Source: Myxococcales bacterium | GTDB taxonomy: Bacteria > Myxococcota_A > Polyangia > Polyangiales > Polyangiaceae | Direction: 5' to 3' | DNA length: 64,000 nt | Assembly: GCA_023248745.1 (NCBI GenBank) | Contig: JAHFDZ010000002.1 | Span: 428 to 64,427 of the forward strand | Shown here: positions 63,747 to 64,000 of the stretch, one piece after another | Layout of the letters: the number at the start of each line of letters is the position of its first letter | Position numbering within the stretch: position 1 is the stretch's first letter | Notes under the pieces: generated by a model | Databases searched by the model: none | Told to the model about the DNA's origin: nothing | The model's input: only the letters and a program-made list of their open reading frames with translations | Translations under genes and position numbers: made by a program

Positions 63747-64000
63747 ATGACCGTGTCTGCGCAGTACGCCCCACATATGCGACTTTCTTCGCCATCCTTG
63801 CCGGGTGCAAGATCCGACAGCACGCCTCCCTCAGGCGGTCTCGCGACGCCGGTTCGTGGGTTTGAGTCCTTTGATGACGCGCTCGTCGGCGCGCGCGAAG
63901 GACTCGCACTTATCTTGTCACCATCTCGCGATGTCGCAATTGCTCACGCCCAGCACGCAGCGCGAAGGCTCGAGTCTTCGCATGCCGTTGTCTTTGTTTC
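63747..64000 (+). CDS. hypothetical protein, N-terminal fragment (runs off window end)
   Basis: Not in ORF track (open-ended). ATG 63747 with GGAGG about 9 nt upstream. No in-frame stop before the window end (MTVSAQYAPHMRLSSPSLPG...). Confidence 0.4.
   Translation, partial: MTVSAQYAPHMRLSSPSLPGARSDSTPPSGGLATPVRGFESFDDALVGAREGLALILSPSRDVAIAHAQHAARRLESSHAVVFV

Overview
GC-rich, densely packed bacterial chromosomal segment, almost certainly Myxococcota. The evidence is a clear mglB-mglA operon nearly collinear with the Myxococcus xanthus proteins, plus many lipoproteins with Asp/Ala-rich linkers and Cys-rich domains. I support about 65 protein-coding genes and saw no rRNA, tRNA, CRISPR array, integrase or transposase. 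Recognisable housekeeping genes are a prfC fragment, add, dinB, a pilT-like ATPase, mglBA, queD, serA, ctaA, argS, gltX, nadD and ccmB. They are interspersed with secreted or lipoprotein genes, a Wzx/Wzy-type polysaccharide cluster (about 40.9-49.2 kb) and some unusual bacterial enzymes: an M2/ACE-like peptidase, a SMUG1-type UDG, a KirBac channel and a rifampin-phosphotransferase-like PEP-utilising enzyme. The clearest accessory element is a 1.5-kb islet (18.84-20.35 kb) bounded by 44-bp imperfect direct repeats. It carries an RHH-MazF toxin-antitoxin pair and a 2-TM protein gene that lacks a canonical start. Other items worth follow-up: a tightly spaced six-gene string (56.76-60.22 kb) that embeds an orphan ccmB next to a CXXCH lipoprotein; a protein built of four about 100-aa repeats; tandem 16-Cys lipoprotein paralogs; a three-module DsbA-like protein near a 33-Cys lipoprotein; and a 39-aa highly basic micro-ORF. 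I did not find a multi-gene system with defence-type enzymatic domains. All functional calls come from motif recognition by eye, and many start codons are uncertain.
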